Shown in pieces: positions 1-6,777 of a stretch of 54,228 nt of DNA; position 1 is the stretch's first letter; each line of letters begins with the position of its first letter. The stretch is taken from positions 1 through 54,228 of IMG/VR virus record IMGVR_UViG_3300045988_069299, one strand, 5' to 3'. Position numbers and translations under genes: made by a program. The notes below the pieces were generated by a model that saw nothing but the letters and a program-made list of their open reading frames with translations, was not told the DNA's origin and did no database searches. Source of the stretch: a virus.

Positions 1-108
1 ACCTGTGGCAGAGGATGCACCGCAGTTACCTGTGGCAGAGGATGCACCTTTGTAACCTGTGGCAGAGGATGCACCGCAGTTACCTGTGGCAGAGGATGCA
101 CCGTAGTC
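1..108. repeat. 27-nt tandem repeat, 4 units (ACCTGTGGCAGAGGATGCACC + 6 variable nt)
   Basis: Units at 1-27, 28-54, 55-81 and 82-108. Identical repeat family at 54091-54228. In frame, encoding xxGASSATG on the minus strand. Confidence 0.95.
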
Positions 109-450
109 TTCATCACTTTCAGCTTCTTTTTTAACTCTACTCATAGTAAAATCAATGGCCGCCTTTACCAGTCCAGAAATATCCAATCTCGCACCAATCT
201 TTATTTTTGTGGATGCAACCTTGGAATCATCTTCACCTCTGTCAAATTCACCGTTCTGCTCCACTTCATGGTAAACAGATTCGTTCGGAGAATAATAACC
301 AAGGCAATCCAGAGGATATTCACAAGCATGGAATCCGCTGTGGCAGGCATCTGCTGTCTCCTCTTCGTACTCCTTGCCTTCTTCGTACTGAAATCCACGG
401 CAAGTCATGTCCTTGTTGAACCCTTTGTAACTCTTAATTACTTTTTCCAT
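1..450 (-). CDS. Tandem-nonapeptide-repeat phage protein, N-terminal part (runs off base 1 and continues at the window end)
   Basis: Hand translation: ATG at 450 behind GGAGGAAGTG gives MEKVIKSYKGFNKDMTCRGFQYEEGKEYEE...SRVKKEAESDEDY, then 9-aa repeats (xxGASSATG) down to base 1. The same frame and repeat resume at 54228. Missing from the ORF track because it has no in-window stop. Resembles a family I recall as DUF7666 (unverified). Confidence 0.8.
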   Translation of the reverse strand, partial: MEKVIKSYKGFNKDMTCRGFQYEEGKEYEEETADACHSGFHACEYPLDCLGYYSPNESVYHEVEQNGEFDRGEDDSKVASTKIKIGARLDISGLVKAAIDFTMSRVKKEAESDEDYGASSATGNCGASSATGYKGASSATGNCGASSATG

Positions 451-2395
451 TTTTCACTTCCTCCACTTTCAAAACCGCATCATCACTTCTGCGGAACATA
501 ATCAACTGACTGTCAACATCAGGAATCTTCCAAGGGTCAAGGCTTTCGGTATCGTCAACCATGATAGGCAATTCCACACCGCACCGCTTCTGAAACGCAT
601 TGCAAATGTCAATTTCCGTCAGAATCCTTGCTCCGTGGTTCATGTTTCGGCTGTAAGGCTCTCCACGGTATGTAAAGTCACAACATTCTTCCGTGTCACC
701 ATTCACAAGAGGTCTAAACATCCGCACAGTGCAGAAGCAAAGATACTTGTTCACATCAGCTTCCAACAGTTCGTTCTTCTTCCGGCTGAATTTCTTTAAC
801 AGGTCAAGCTGTGCCTGCACATCCGTAATCTTCTGTGCAATGTTCTTGCGCTCCTGTTCCAGTTCTGTGATACGCTTATCCACACTCTCGTTAATGCTTA
901 CACTCGCCAAAAACTTATCAACCACAGAAATATCATTGCGGATCTGCTCTTCATCACCTTTTAACTGGATTCTGAGAAGATTCATGTCAGTGAATTTGTG
1001 CATGGCAGCTTCTTTCTCTGCAATCTGTGACTGAATAGCTTTGTATTCTTCTGTGTTGGAAATATCCACGCTTGCCGGAATGGAATTTAAGGCATTATCA
1101 GCAATGGCAATCTCTTTTTCCAACCGCTCCACTTCATCCTCGGTCTTTTTCAGTTCCTCACGCTTATGCTCCAGTTCTTCCTGATCCGCTTTGATATGGT
1201 CAGCACAGGAAGAACCCTCTTTGGTAATCAGTTCCAGTTCATGTGCCTTATGCGTATCAAACTCCGTTCTTAACTGCTCTTTCTTCTCTTCCGGATATTC
1301 CTGTCCACAGTAGGGGCAAATCAGAGAATTTTCATCAAATTTAAGGCTTTTATTCAAATCCCAACTCTTCTTCAATTCCTGTCTCTTCTGCTCATACTGT
1401 GCGATACGCTTTTCCAGTTCCGTGATCTCTTCACGAATGGTGTCTGCCTTAAGCAACTCTTTCTGATGCTCATTCTGAATCTGATTCAGTGTTGTGCGCT
1501 TCTCTCTTCTATCCGCATCCAGTTTTTCATTTGCTTTCTGCTGCAATGCGCTCAACTGACCTTTTAACTCAATGATTCCATCAGACAGCTTATCGTAGGA
1601 AATCATGCTGTTCTGCGTATCTGTCTGCTGCTTAATGTTCTCTGACAGCTTATCCAGTAAAGCTTTCTTTTTCAGTTCCAGATCAGCAAGGTCAATATCC
1701 ACTCTCTGACGGCTCACCTCGTCAATACGGCTCGGAATTTCATCTAACAGGTCCTGCAAACCCTTGGTTCCATTTCTTCCCCTTGTGCCGTACAACTGCG
1801 TATTGCAACGCTTTTTCAGTTCATCAACCGTGCCGTCCTGCAGAACAGCCCTTAATGCTTCAAACTCCGGAAACTGATTGCAAATGTCATCATTACTGTG
1901 CTGACCAAACATATCAGCAAGAATTGCTCTCTGATCCGTTCCACCTTTCAGAAGAAGTGTCATGGCATTGATGCAAAGTGAGAACTTATCTTTTCCGCAT
2001 ACACTCTCTTCCAAAAATGCTTCAAAATCTGCTGCCTTTTTGGGAATATCATTCACATAGTAATCCGTGACATTGCCGGTAAACTCGCCTTTTTTATTGA
2101 AGTTCTGACGGCATACTTTTTTCAGAACCTTGTCTGTACCGTCAATCTCCACGGTAACTTCTGCGGTAATATCTCCGTCGATGTCATTGCCGTCCTTATC
2201 GTGCGGTCTGATTCCGGTGATCTCTCTGCCGTTCTCGTCACGGCATCCAAAAATATACTGAATTGCTCTTTTGATCGTGGACTTACCTGTTTCATTTACA
2301 CCGGAAACCTCTGTCCGGTCGTATAAATCAGTGTCCACTACGTTAGAACCATAGAATTTGCAGAAATTCTGCAAAAAGGTGTGTTTAATCCTCAT
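434..2395 (-). CDS. Rad50/SbcC/SMC-like AAA ATPase with coiled coil and zinc hook
   Basis: ATG at 2395 behind GGGAGGA. Walker A GVNETGKST, a long heptad-rich middle region with CPYCGQ, and a C-terminal Walker B-like LPIMVDDTESLD. Confidence 0.8.
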   Translation of the reverse strand: MRIKHTFLQNFCKFYGSNVVDTDLYDRTEVSGVNETGKSTIKRAIQYIFGCRDENGREITGIRPHDKDGNDIDGDITAEVTVEIDGTDKVLKKVCRQNFNKKGEFTGNVTDYYVNDIPKKAADFEAFLEESVCGKDKFSLCINAMTLLLKGGTDQRAILADMFGQHSNDDICNQFPEFEALRAVLQDGTVDELKKRCNTQLYGTRGRNGTKGLQDLLDEIPSRIDEVSRQRVDIDLADLELKKKALLDKLSENIKQQTDTQNSMISYDKLSDGIIELKGQLSALQQKANEKLDADRREKRTTLNQIQNEHQKELLKADTIREEITELEKRIAQYEQKRQELKKSWDLNKSLKFDENSLICPYCGQEYPEEKKEQLRTEFDTHKAHELELITKEGSSCADHIKADQEELEHKREELKKTEDEVERLEKEIAIADNALNSIPASVDISNTEEYKAIQSQIAEKEAAMHKFTDMNLLRIQLKGDEEQIRNDISVVDKFLASVSINESVDKRITELEQERKNIAQKITDVQAQLDLLKKFSRKKNELLEADVNKYLCFCTVRMFRPLVNGDTEECCDFTYRGEPYSRNMNHGARILTEIDICNAFQKRCGVELPIMVDDTESLDPWKIPDVDSQLIMFRRSDDAVLKVEEVKNGKSN

Positions 2396-2705
2396 TTTTC
2401 CTATCCTCCCAAAGATATAAATACAGTGAATTAACAAACATATAGATTGAGACCGGCTTGTCTGTCTCATTGATCTCCTTGTATAGCTCTGTGCTTGGGT
2501 TCATCTTATCAACAACCCACTTGATCGCCCGGTACACGCTTTCCTTGGTTGTGCTGTGTTCCTCTCCGATAATCCGGTAGATTTCAGAAAGTCTTCTGTT
2601 CCGGTTCTCAAACATCAGCGTTTCAACCTCGATGATGTACTGGAATCCCGGCAAGTACTGTTTCAGCCCCAGTTCTACCAAGATTTTTCTTATCTTCCTT
2701 TCCAT
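2385..2705 (-). CDS. Spo0A C-terminal-domain-like DNA-binding protein
   Basis: 106 aa. LGLKQYLPGFQYIIE and TTKESVYRAIKWVVDKM parallel the Spo0A effector-domain pattern (IGVPAHIKGYQYLREAI ... TTASRVERAIRHAI). Overlaps the next gene by 11 nt. Confidence 0.55.
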   Translation of the reverse strand: MERKIRKILVELGLKQYLPGFQYIIEVETLMFENRNRRLSEIYRIIGEEHSTTKESVYRAIKWVVDKMNPSTELYKEINETDKPVSIYMFVNSLYLYLWEDRKNED

Positions 2706-2806
2706 TTCCTCACTCCTCCGGCTTTCAGTCTTCTGTTACGTGGATCATGTTGTCCTCTTCGCTGATATACAAGATTCCTGCATCTAACAGTCTTGCAATC
2801 AGAATC

Positions 2807-3001
2807 TCATTCGCACGGACGATGGGGATAATCTGTCGCTTCTGCATAAAAATACTCCTTTCTTAACCATTTTTTCTTCCCGGTATTGCGGTTTACAATT
2901 CTGTAATAGAATGCTGTTTCACGGTCAACTTCCCATTCTTTCGGACTGTAAAATATCTTTCCGATGCACCCTTTGACGGTAAACCGCTTTTTGGCACTCA
3001 T
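2807..3001 (-). CDS. hypothetical protein (64 aa)
   Basis: ATG at 3001 forms an ATGA start/stop overlap with the upstream ORF. The earlier start in the track is less likely. Confidence 0.55.
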   Translation of the reverse strand: MSAKKRFTVKGCIGKIFYSPKEWEVDRETAFYYRIVNRNTGKKKWLRKEYFYAEATDYPHRPCE

Positions 3002-3390
3002 ACGGTGTCCTCCGCAAGTTTTCCTTGATTCCACCATGAGAAATCACAAACGCTGTCCCTTGAAAAAGAAGTAGCACCATTAGTCCATGTAAATATTTCC
3101 CCACCTTCAAATTTTGCAAAATATCTAGGTTTCCAAGGGTCACTATCGGAATCTCTTACGTACACTTTCGTGTCCACAGGCACTTTCGACCAGTCAACAG
3201 GTGGTTCAACATATTCCTGCTCTGCCCATTCTTTGAACCTTTCCCTGCATCTGCTTTTATCACTCCATGCGCAATCGGAACAAAGTATTACATTGCAATC
3301 ACATAACTTTCCTTCTTTGTCCACAGCTATCTCTATACTATCAAGTGCCATGTCAATAATCTGTTCCGCATACTTCTCTCTGTTCGTCAT
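2998..3390 (-). CDS. hypothetical protein (130 aa)
   Basis: Complete ORF packed tightly in a co-directional operon. No recognisable motif. Confidence 0.65.
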   Translation of the reverse strand: MTNREKYAEQIIDMALDSIEIAVDKEGKLCDCNVILCSDCAWSDKSRCRERFKEWAEQEYVEPPVDWSKVPVDTKVYVRDSDSDPWKPRYFAKFEGGEIFTWTNGATSFSRDSVCDFSWWNQGKLAEDTV

Positions 3391-3860
3391 TTTCCATTCA
3401 TCCTTTCCAGTTCTGCGCTCCTGGTTAATATCCAGTCTGCGTAATCACTTAATTCTGTCTTTGTAGCTGCGTTCTTCTCTCCGTGGTAAACCATGAGGAC
3501 AATTCCTACATCACAGTACTTTTCAAATAATTCCGACAAGTAGTCGGCTCCCACATGGATATTGCCGTCCACAGAGTAGATGTCCGTCACTCCCAAACGT
3601 TCCATGCGGTCTTTATGCCATCTGTCAGAAATCTGCATCAGACCTTTGCAACCGCCACTTTCCACATCCGGTCTGCCGGAAGATTCTTTCTCGATCATTG
3701 CCATAAGCAGTTCCGGGCAGATGCCATATTCCTCACCGTACTTTACACACGATTCCTGCGCTTCCTCGGAGATAAAACTACCGGATGGCTGTGCTGTGGA
3801 AGTAAATGTGATGGAGAGTGCTATTATAATAGGAAGAAACATCTTTATTGTTGTTCTCAT
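3387..3860 (-). CDS. secreted lytic transglycosylase (SLT domain)
   Basis: MRTTIKMFLPIIIALSITFTSTA looks like a signal peptide. MIEKESSG...GLMQI matches the SLT catalytic motif pattern. Start at 3860 avoids overlap with the upstream ORF. Confidence 0.8.
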   Translation of the reverse strand: MRTTIKMFLPIIIALSITFTSTAQPSGSFISEEAQESCVKYGEEYGICPELLMAMIEKESSGRPDVESGGCKGLMQISDRWHKDRMERLGVTDIYSVDGNIHVGADYLSELFEKYCDVGIVLMVYHGEKNAATKTELSDYADWILTRSAELERMNGK

Positions 3861-3864
3861 AGGC

Positions 3865-4161
3865 TTAATACCATTCGGATACGAACGTACCCAGTAAGTC
3901 ACTGATAATGACATCCAAAAACATATTTGATCCGTCCTCTTCCTCTGCAATGTATGTCGTTAAAATTGCATTTGTAAAACTTACTCCATTACCCATTTCT
4001 ACTTCAATATCTGTTACAGATACACCGTACGAAGCTTCTTCATCATAGAACAACTTCTGGAATGTGGAGGCACTGTCTACTTTTGTAAAGTACATTGCCT
4101 TCCCTTTGTTGTCCGTTGATGTAATTACACTGTTACTCAATTTCAAATATTTGTTTCCCAT
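3865..4161 (-). CDS. hypothetical protein (98 aa)
   Basis: Complete ORF in the operon. No motif recognised. Confidence 0.6.
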   Translation of the reverse strand: MGNKYLKLSNSVITSTDNKGKAMYFTKVDSASTFQKLFYDEEASYGVSVTDIEVEMGNGVSFTNAILTTYIAEEEDGSNMFLDVIISDLLGTFVSEWY

Positions 4162-4173
4162 TCCTCTTCCTTT

Positions 4174-4956
4174 CTATGAGCAGTACCTCATTGCGTAATT
4201 CTTTACGATTCCCTCGAAAATTGCTTTCAACTGCGGTTTCTCATAAATAATTTGAATTTTAGTTGTGCCGTTTTTAATAGCTGTTTCGTTATTCCCTGCC
4301 TTTTTCATCTTATTTATCTTGTTCCTTTGAAGCATATTTAAGCTACAATGTGCTGTCGTTTCCAGTTCACCGTACAGCTGTCCATATAATGTCTGATATC
4401 CAATTCCACTCTTAACTGAAATCTCCCGTATCCTTCCATTTATTTCCGATTTCCAGTCTCCGATAGGCTTCGTGAAAATATCTTTCATGTTGGAGACAGT
4501 CTGCTCTATGCGGTTTACCTTTTCCGCTTGTCTCTTCTGTTCCAGCTCCTGTCTCGCCATACTTTCAGCCATTTGCATAACCATCTGCATCTGTGGAGAA
4601 AGTTGTGACCGATTTATTACTTCCTGTTTCGCCCTGTCCTCTATGGTGATAAAATACTGTCTTGCTTCTTTGCCCCTTGCAGAATGGCTTTCCATTGACA
4701 GATGTTTTGCAAAGTCGGTAGTTAGTCGGTAATCCTTGCATTCGTTACCGTTCGTCACTGTGACGAACCCCCACCAATCCTTGTTTTCTTCATAGAACTC
4801 ATTCTGTTCAATGTTCCTTTTCGCCCATTTTGAAAAGTTGCTTTTCTCTCCGCTTAAGAACTCATACAGTGCTTTTGCGGTAGTCATTCCGTTTTCATCA
4901 ACACCCAGTGCAATCTCAATTGGTGTTTTCATGTTTGATGTTTGTAATTCGTTCAT
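4174..4956 (-). CDS. phage antirepressor (AntA/AntB-like N-terminal domain)
   Basis: TAKALYEFL...FSKWAKRNIEQNEF...DYRLTTDFAKHLSMESHSARGKEARQYFI matches the recalled AntA pattern (ARELHEFL..F.DWIKRRI...L.MAKELSM..R.EKGKQAR.YFI). Confidence 0.7.
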   Translation of the reverse strand: MNELQTSNMKTPIEIALGVDENGMTTAKALYEFLSGEKSNFSKWAKRNIEQNEFYEENKDWWGFVTVTNGNECKDYRLTTDFAKHLSMESHSARGKEARQYFITIEDRAKQEVINRSQLSPQMQMVMQMAESMARQELEQKRQAEKVNRIEQTVSNMKDIFTKPIGDWKSEINGRIREISVKSGIGYQTLYGQLYGELETTAHCSLNMLQRNKINKMKKAGNNETAIKNGTTKIQIIYEKPQLKAIFEGIVKNYAMRYCS

Positions 4957-5003
4957 TGTTCTCCTTTCTGTGGTATAATGTTCTAAAAAACTGGAGGTTT
5001 CAT

Positions 5004-5384
5004 ATGCTTCTCAAAATCGAAAGAAAAGTACTTAGAAAAACTGTAAAATCTTCTGAATGTTCCATTTCATTGTCTGAAATAGGGAATTACAATGGTGAAG
5101 ATGTTTACCAAGCATTTTTATCCTTAAAGGAAAAGGGATATTTCACCATAGTTAGTTCATCCATAAATCGTGAAATGTTCACATTTACTTTGTCTTCAAA
5201 AGGAAGATTCTATAAAGAACATTTATTTCTCTCATTTTTGAGAAATATACTCATACCGTTTGTTGTAGCTTTAATAACTGCAACTGCCACATACCACTTA
5301 GAAAAAGTAGCAGATAGCTATTCCTACAGCCGCCCCAGCCAATGCACTTATGAACTGAACCAATGCAGTGATCCAAGGTTCTAA
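5004..5384 (+). CDS. hypothetical membrane protein (126 aa)
   Basis: ATG at 5004 behind CTGGAGGTTTCAT. Hydrophobic segment ILIPFVVALITATATY. The 3' end overlaps a convergent small ORF, so one of the two may be spurious. Confidence 0.45.
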   Translation: MLLKIERKVLRKTVKSSECSISLSEIGNYNGEDVYQAFLSLKEKGYFTIVSSSINREMFTFTLSSKGRFYKEHLFLSFLRNILIPFVVALITATATYHLEKVADSYSYSRPSQCTYELNQCSDPRF

Positions 5385-5429
5385 TTTGTCAAGAAGATCT
5401 CTCTTCTGGCGGTAAGTCCATTTTTTCAT
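5298..5429 (-). CDS. small hydrophobic-tail protein (43 aa), not in ORF track
   Basis: MKKWTYRQKRDLLDKLEPWITALVQFISALAGAAVGIAICYFF. ATGA start/stop coupling to the upstream 50-aa ORF. GGAGAAC lies 5 nt upstream. Confidence 0.5.
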   Translation of the reverse strand: MKKWTYRQKRDLLDKLEPWITALVQFISALAGAAVGIAICYFF

Positions 5430-5578
5430 TCATGTTCTCCTTTCATTGCATGAGAAACTGCATTACAAATGGTCGTATGCTGTTTCTCTTCATCATTCAT
5501 GGACTTCTCAATTCTTTTCAGAGTACTGTCAATGCTCTTTAAGGTTTTGAGAAGTTCTCTCTCAAACTGGCTTTGCAT
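5426..5578 (-). CDS. small protein (50 aa), not in ORF track
   Basis: AAAGGAGAACTGTT then ATG at 5578. MQSQFERELLKTLKSIDSTLKRIEKSMNDEEKQH.... Directly downstream of the Cro-like gene. Confidence 0.5.
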   Translation of the reverse strand: MQSQFERELLKTLKSIDSTLKRIEKSMNDEEKQHTTICNAVSHAMKGEHE

Positions 5579-5593
5579 AACAGTTCTCCTTTC

Positions 5594-5779
5594 CTATTCC
5601 AAGAAATACTCAATCGTCACCCCAAAGTAATCAGCAATCTTTTTCAACTTATCTGCTTTAGGATTGCTCTTCCCACTTTTCCAGTCGGAAAACAATGTAG
5701 GAGAAAATCCGAGGTCTTTCGCAACCTTATATGTTGTACAACCTCTAGCATCTAAAAGTTGCTTAAATTTTTTATACAT
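5594..5779 (-). CDS. XRE-family HTH regulator (Cro-like; first gene of the early operon)
   Basis: ATG at 5779 behind AAAGGAGCG. HTH pattern TTYKVAKDLGFSPTLFSDWKSGKSNP. Divergent from a second HTH gene across an operator-rich spacer. Confidence 0.85.
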   Translation of the reverse strand: MYKKFKQLLDARGCTTYKVAKDLGFSPTLFSDWKSGKSNPKADKLKKIADYFGVTIEYFLE

Positions 5780-5831
5780 CAAAACGCTCCTTTCTCTTGA
5801 AATTAGTTAGGAAATGCTATATAATAAAGTT

Positions 5832-5912
5832 GTCTCATTTATTGGCGTTTTTGAGACACTTCAAGTTCTGGCTAGGGCGATAGGAAATATTTTCTTATCG
5901 CCCTATTTTATT
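5832..5912 (+). promoter_or_regulatory. left hairpin module: hairpin A, conserved 22-nt block, terminator-like hairpin B
   Basis: GTCTCA[TTTATTGGCGTTTT]TGAGAC at 5832-5857. ACTTCAAGTTCTGGCTAGGGCG at 5858-5879. AGGGCGATAGG...CTTATCGCCCT at 5874-5904, followed by ATTTTATT. A mirror copy lies at 6660-6740. Confidence 0.5.
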
Positions 5913-5932
5913 GCAATTTCCTAACTTTTATA

Positions 5933-5961
5933 TTGCATTTTGTTAGGATTTCCTATATAAT
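5933..5961 (+). promoter_or_regulatory. sigma70-type promoter candidate for the 6087 HTH gene
   Basis: TTGCAT (5933-5938), 17-nt spacer, TATAAT (5956-5961). Operator copy O1 sits in the spacer. Confidence 0.55.
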
Positions 5962-6066
5962 ACTTTTTGGCGAAAATATTATGATAAAAAATTGGGATTT
6001 CCTAACTTGTTTTCAGTATAGTTGAGATATCCTTATTTGTCAATACCTATTTTTAGGATTTCCTAA
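5943..6066. promoter_or_regulatory. three copies of a 14-bp palindromic operator TT(A/G)GGATTTCCTA(A/T)
   Basis: 5943-5956 TTAGGATTTCCTAT, 5992-6005 TTGGGATTTCCTAA, 6053-6066 TTAGGATTTCCTAA. Half-site-like TTAGGAAAT / ATTTCCTAA at 5807, 5881 and 5915. Located between divergent HTH genes. Confidence 0.7.
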
Positions 6067-6086
6067 TTTTTTATGGGAAGGAATGT

Positions 6087-6410
6087 ATGTACGAAATTTT
6101 TGAAAAGTTATTGAAAAAAAAGGGTGTCAAGGCTGCTGATGTGTCAAAAGCAACAGGAGTTGTTGCTTCTACGTTCTCAGACTGGAAAAAAGGTAAAAGT
6201 TCCCCTAAGATCGAAAAAATGGTAGATATTGCTCATTATTTTAATGTGAGTTTAGATTACCTCGCTACTGGAAAAGAATATAGATTTCCGAATCCGGATT
6301 TATCTGATGAATTTGTAGAATTGATAGACCTGTTCAATTCTTGTGACGAAGAAGGTCAAAATAGAATCATGGAATATGCAAGAATGGTTGCAAAAGAATA
6401 TAAGAGATAA
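6087..6410 (+). CDS. XRE-family HTH regulator (107 aa)
   Basis: HTH pattern KAADVSKATGVVASTFSDWKKGKSSP. RBS GGGAAGGAA. Followed by an intrinsic terminator. Confidence 0.85.
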   Translation: MYEIFEKLLKKKGVKAADVSKATGVVASTFSDWKKGKSSPKIEKMVDIAHYFNVSLDYLATGKEYRFPNPDLSDEFVELIDLFNSCDEEGQNRIMEYARMVAKEYKR

Positions 6411-6434
6411 AAGTGGCATTATAGCCACTTTTTT
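6411..6434 (+). terminator. rho-independent terminator after the 6087 gene
   Basis: AAGTGGC-ATTATA-GCCACTT followed by TTTT. Confidence 0.6.
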
Positions 6435-6544
6435 CTTGCTGAAATTATGAAACTGTATATGAACCGCAAAAACTCATTGCTTTCTATATCAGAAATAGCT
6501 TCTACTATTTTCTCCTTATACTCTTCATTGCTCAAATTATTCAT
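6419..6544 (-). CDS. possible small protein (41 aa)
   Basis: GGGAGAGGGTTAC then ATG at 6544. MNNLSNEEYKEKIVEAISDIESNEFLRFIYSFIISARKKWL. Its 3' end overlaps the terminator hairpin, so the call is weak. Confidence 0.3.
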   Translation of the reverse strand: MNNLSNEEYKEKIVEAISDIESNEFLRFIYSFIISARKKWL

Positions 6545-6659
6545 GTAACCCTCTCCCATCTCCTCGTGTTTCTCCTCACGAACTAAAGTAGCGAACAAAC
6601 ACATTGTAGAACATATGTTCTTAACAATCAATATATTTGACGCACGTTTTTTATTGTTG

Positions 6660-6740
6660 TAAAATATCAACAAAAGAGGGCGGTGAAAACGCCAATAAAC
6701 ACCGCCCTCGCCAGAACTTGAAGTCCCTTGAAACAAGGGA
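6660..6740 (-). terminator. right hairpin module: minus-strand terminator with the same 14-nt loop and 22-nt block as the left module
   Basis: GAGGGCGGTG (6676-6685) pairs with CACCGCCCTC (6700-6709). The loop is AAAACGCCAATAAA, the reverse complement of the left loop. On the minus strand it is followed by TTTTGTTGATATTTT. Block 6703-6724 matches 5858-5879 in inverted orientation at 21 of 22 positions. An extra hairpin TCCCTTG-AAA-CAAGGGA lies at 6724-6740. Confidence 0.55.
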
Positions 6741-6777
6741 TGTTACAAGTGTATCATGTGAAAGGGGGATAAAAAAC

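Noticed and set aside
1-108. Possibility that the terminal repeats are a CRISPR array
   Set aside because: The units are contiguous with a 27-nt period and no spacers. They are in frame and lie inside a coding sequence, and no cas genes are present.
201-501. Track ORFs 201-398 (-), 207-419 (+) and 268-501 (+)
   Set aside because: All overlap the hand-found minus-strand gene 1-450, which has an RBS, a plausible globular sequence and continuity across the window join. Their own translations are low quality.
6637-6777. Long N-terminal extension of the CI-like ORF as given in the track
   Set aside because: The extension covers the 10-bp terminator hairpin and the conserved 22-nt block. A strong RBS (GAAAGGGGGAT) precedes the internal ATG at 6778.
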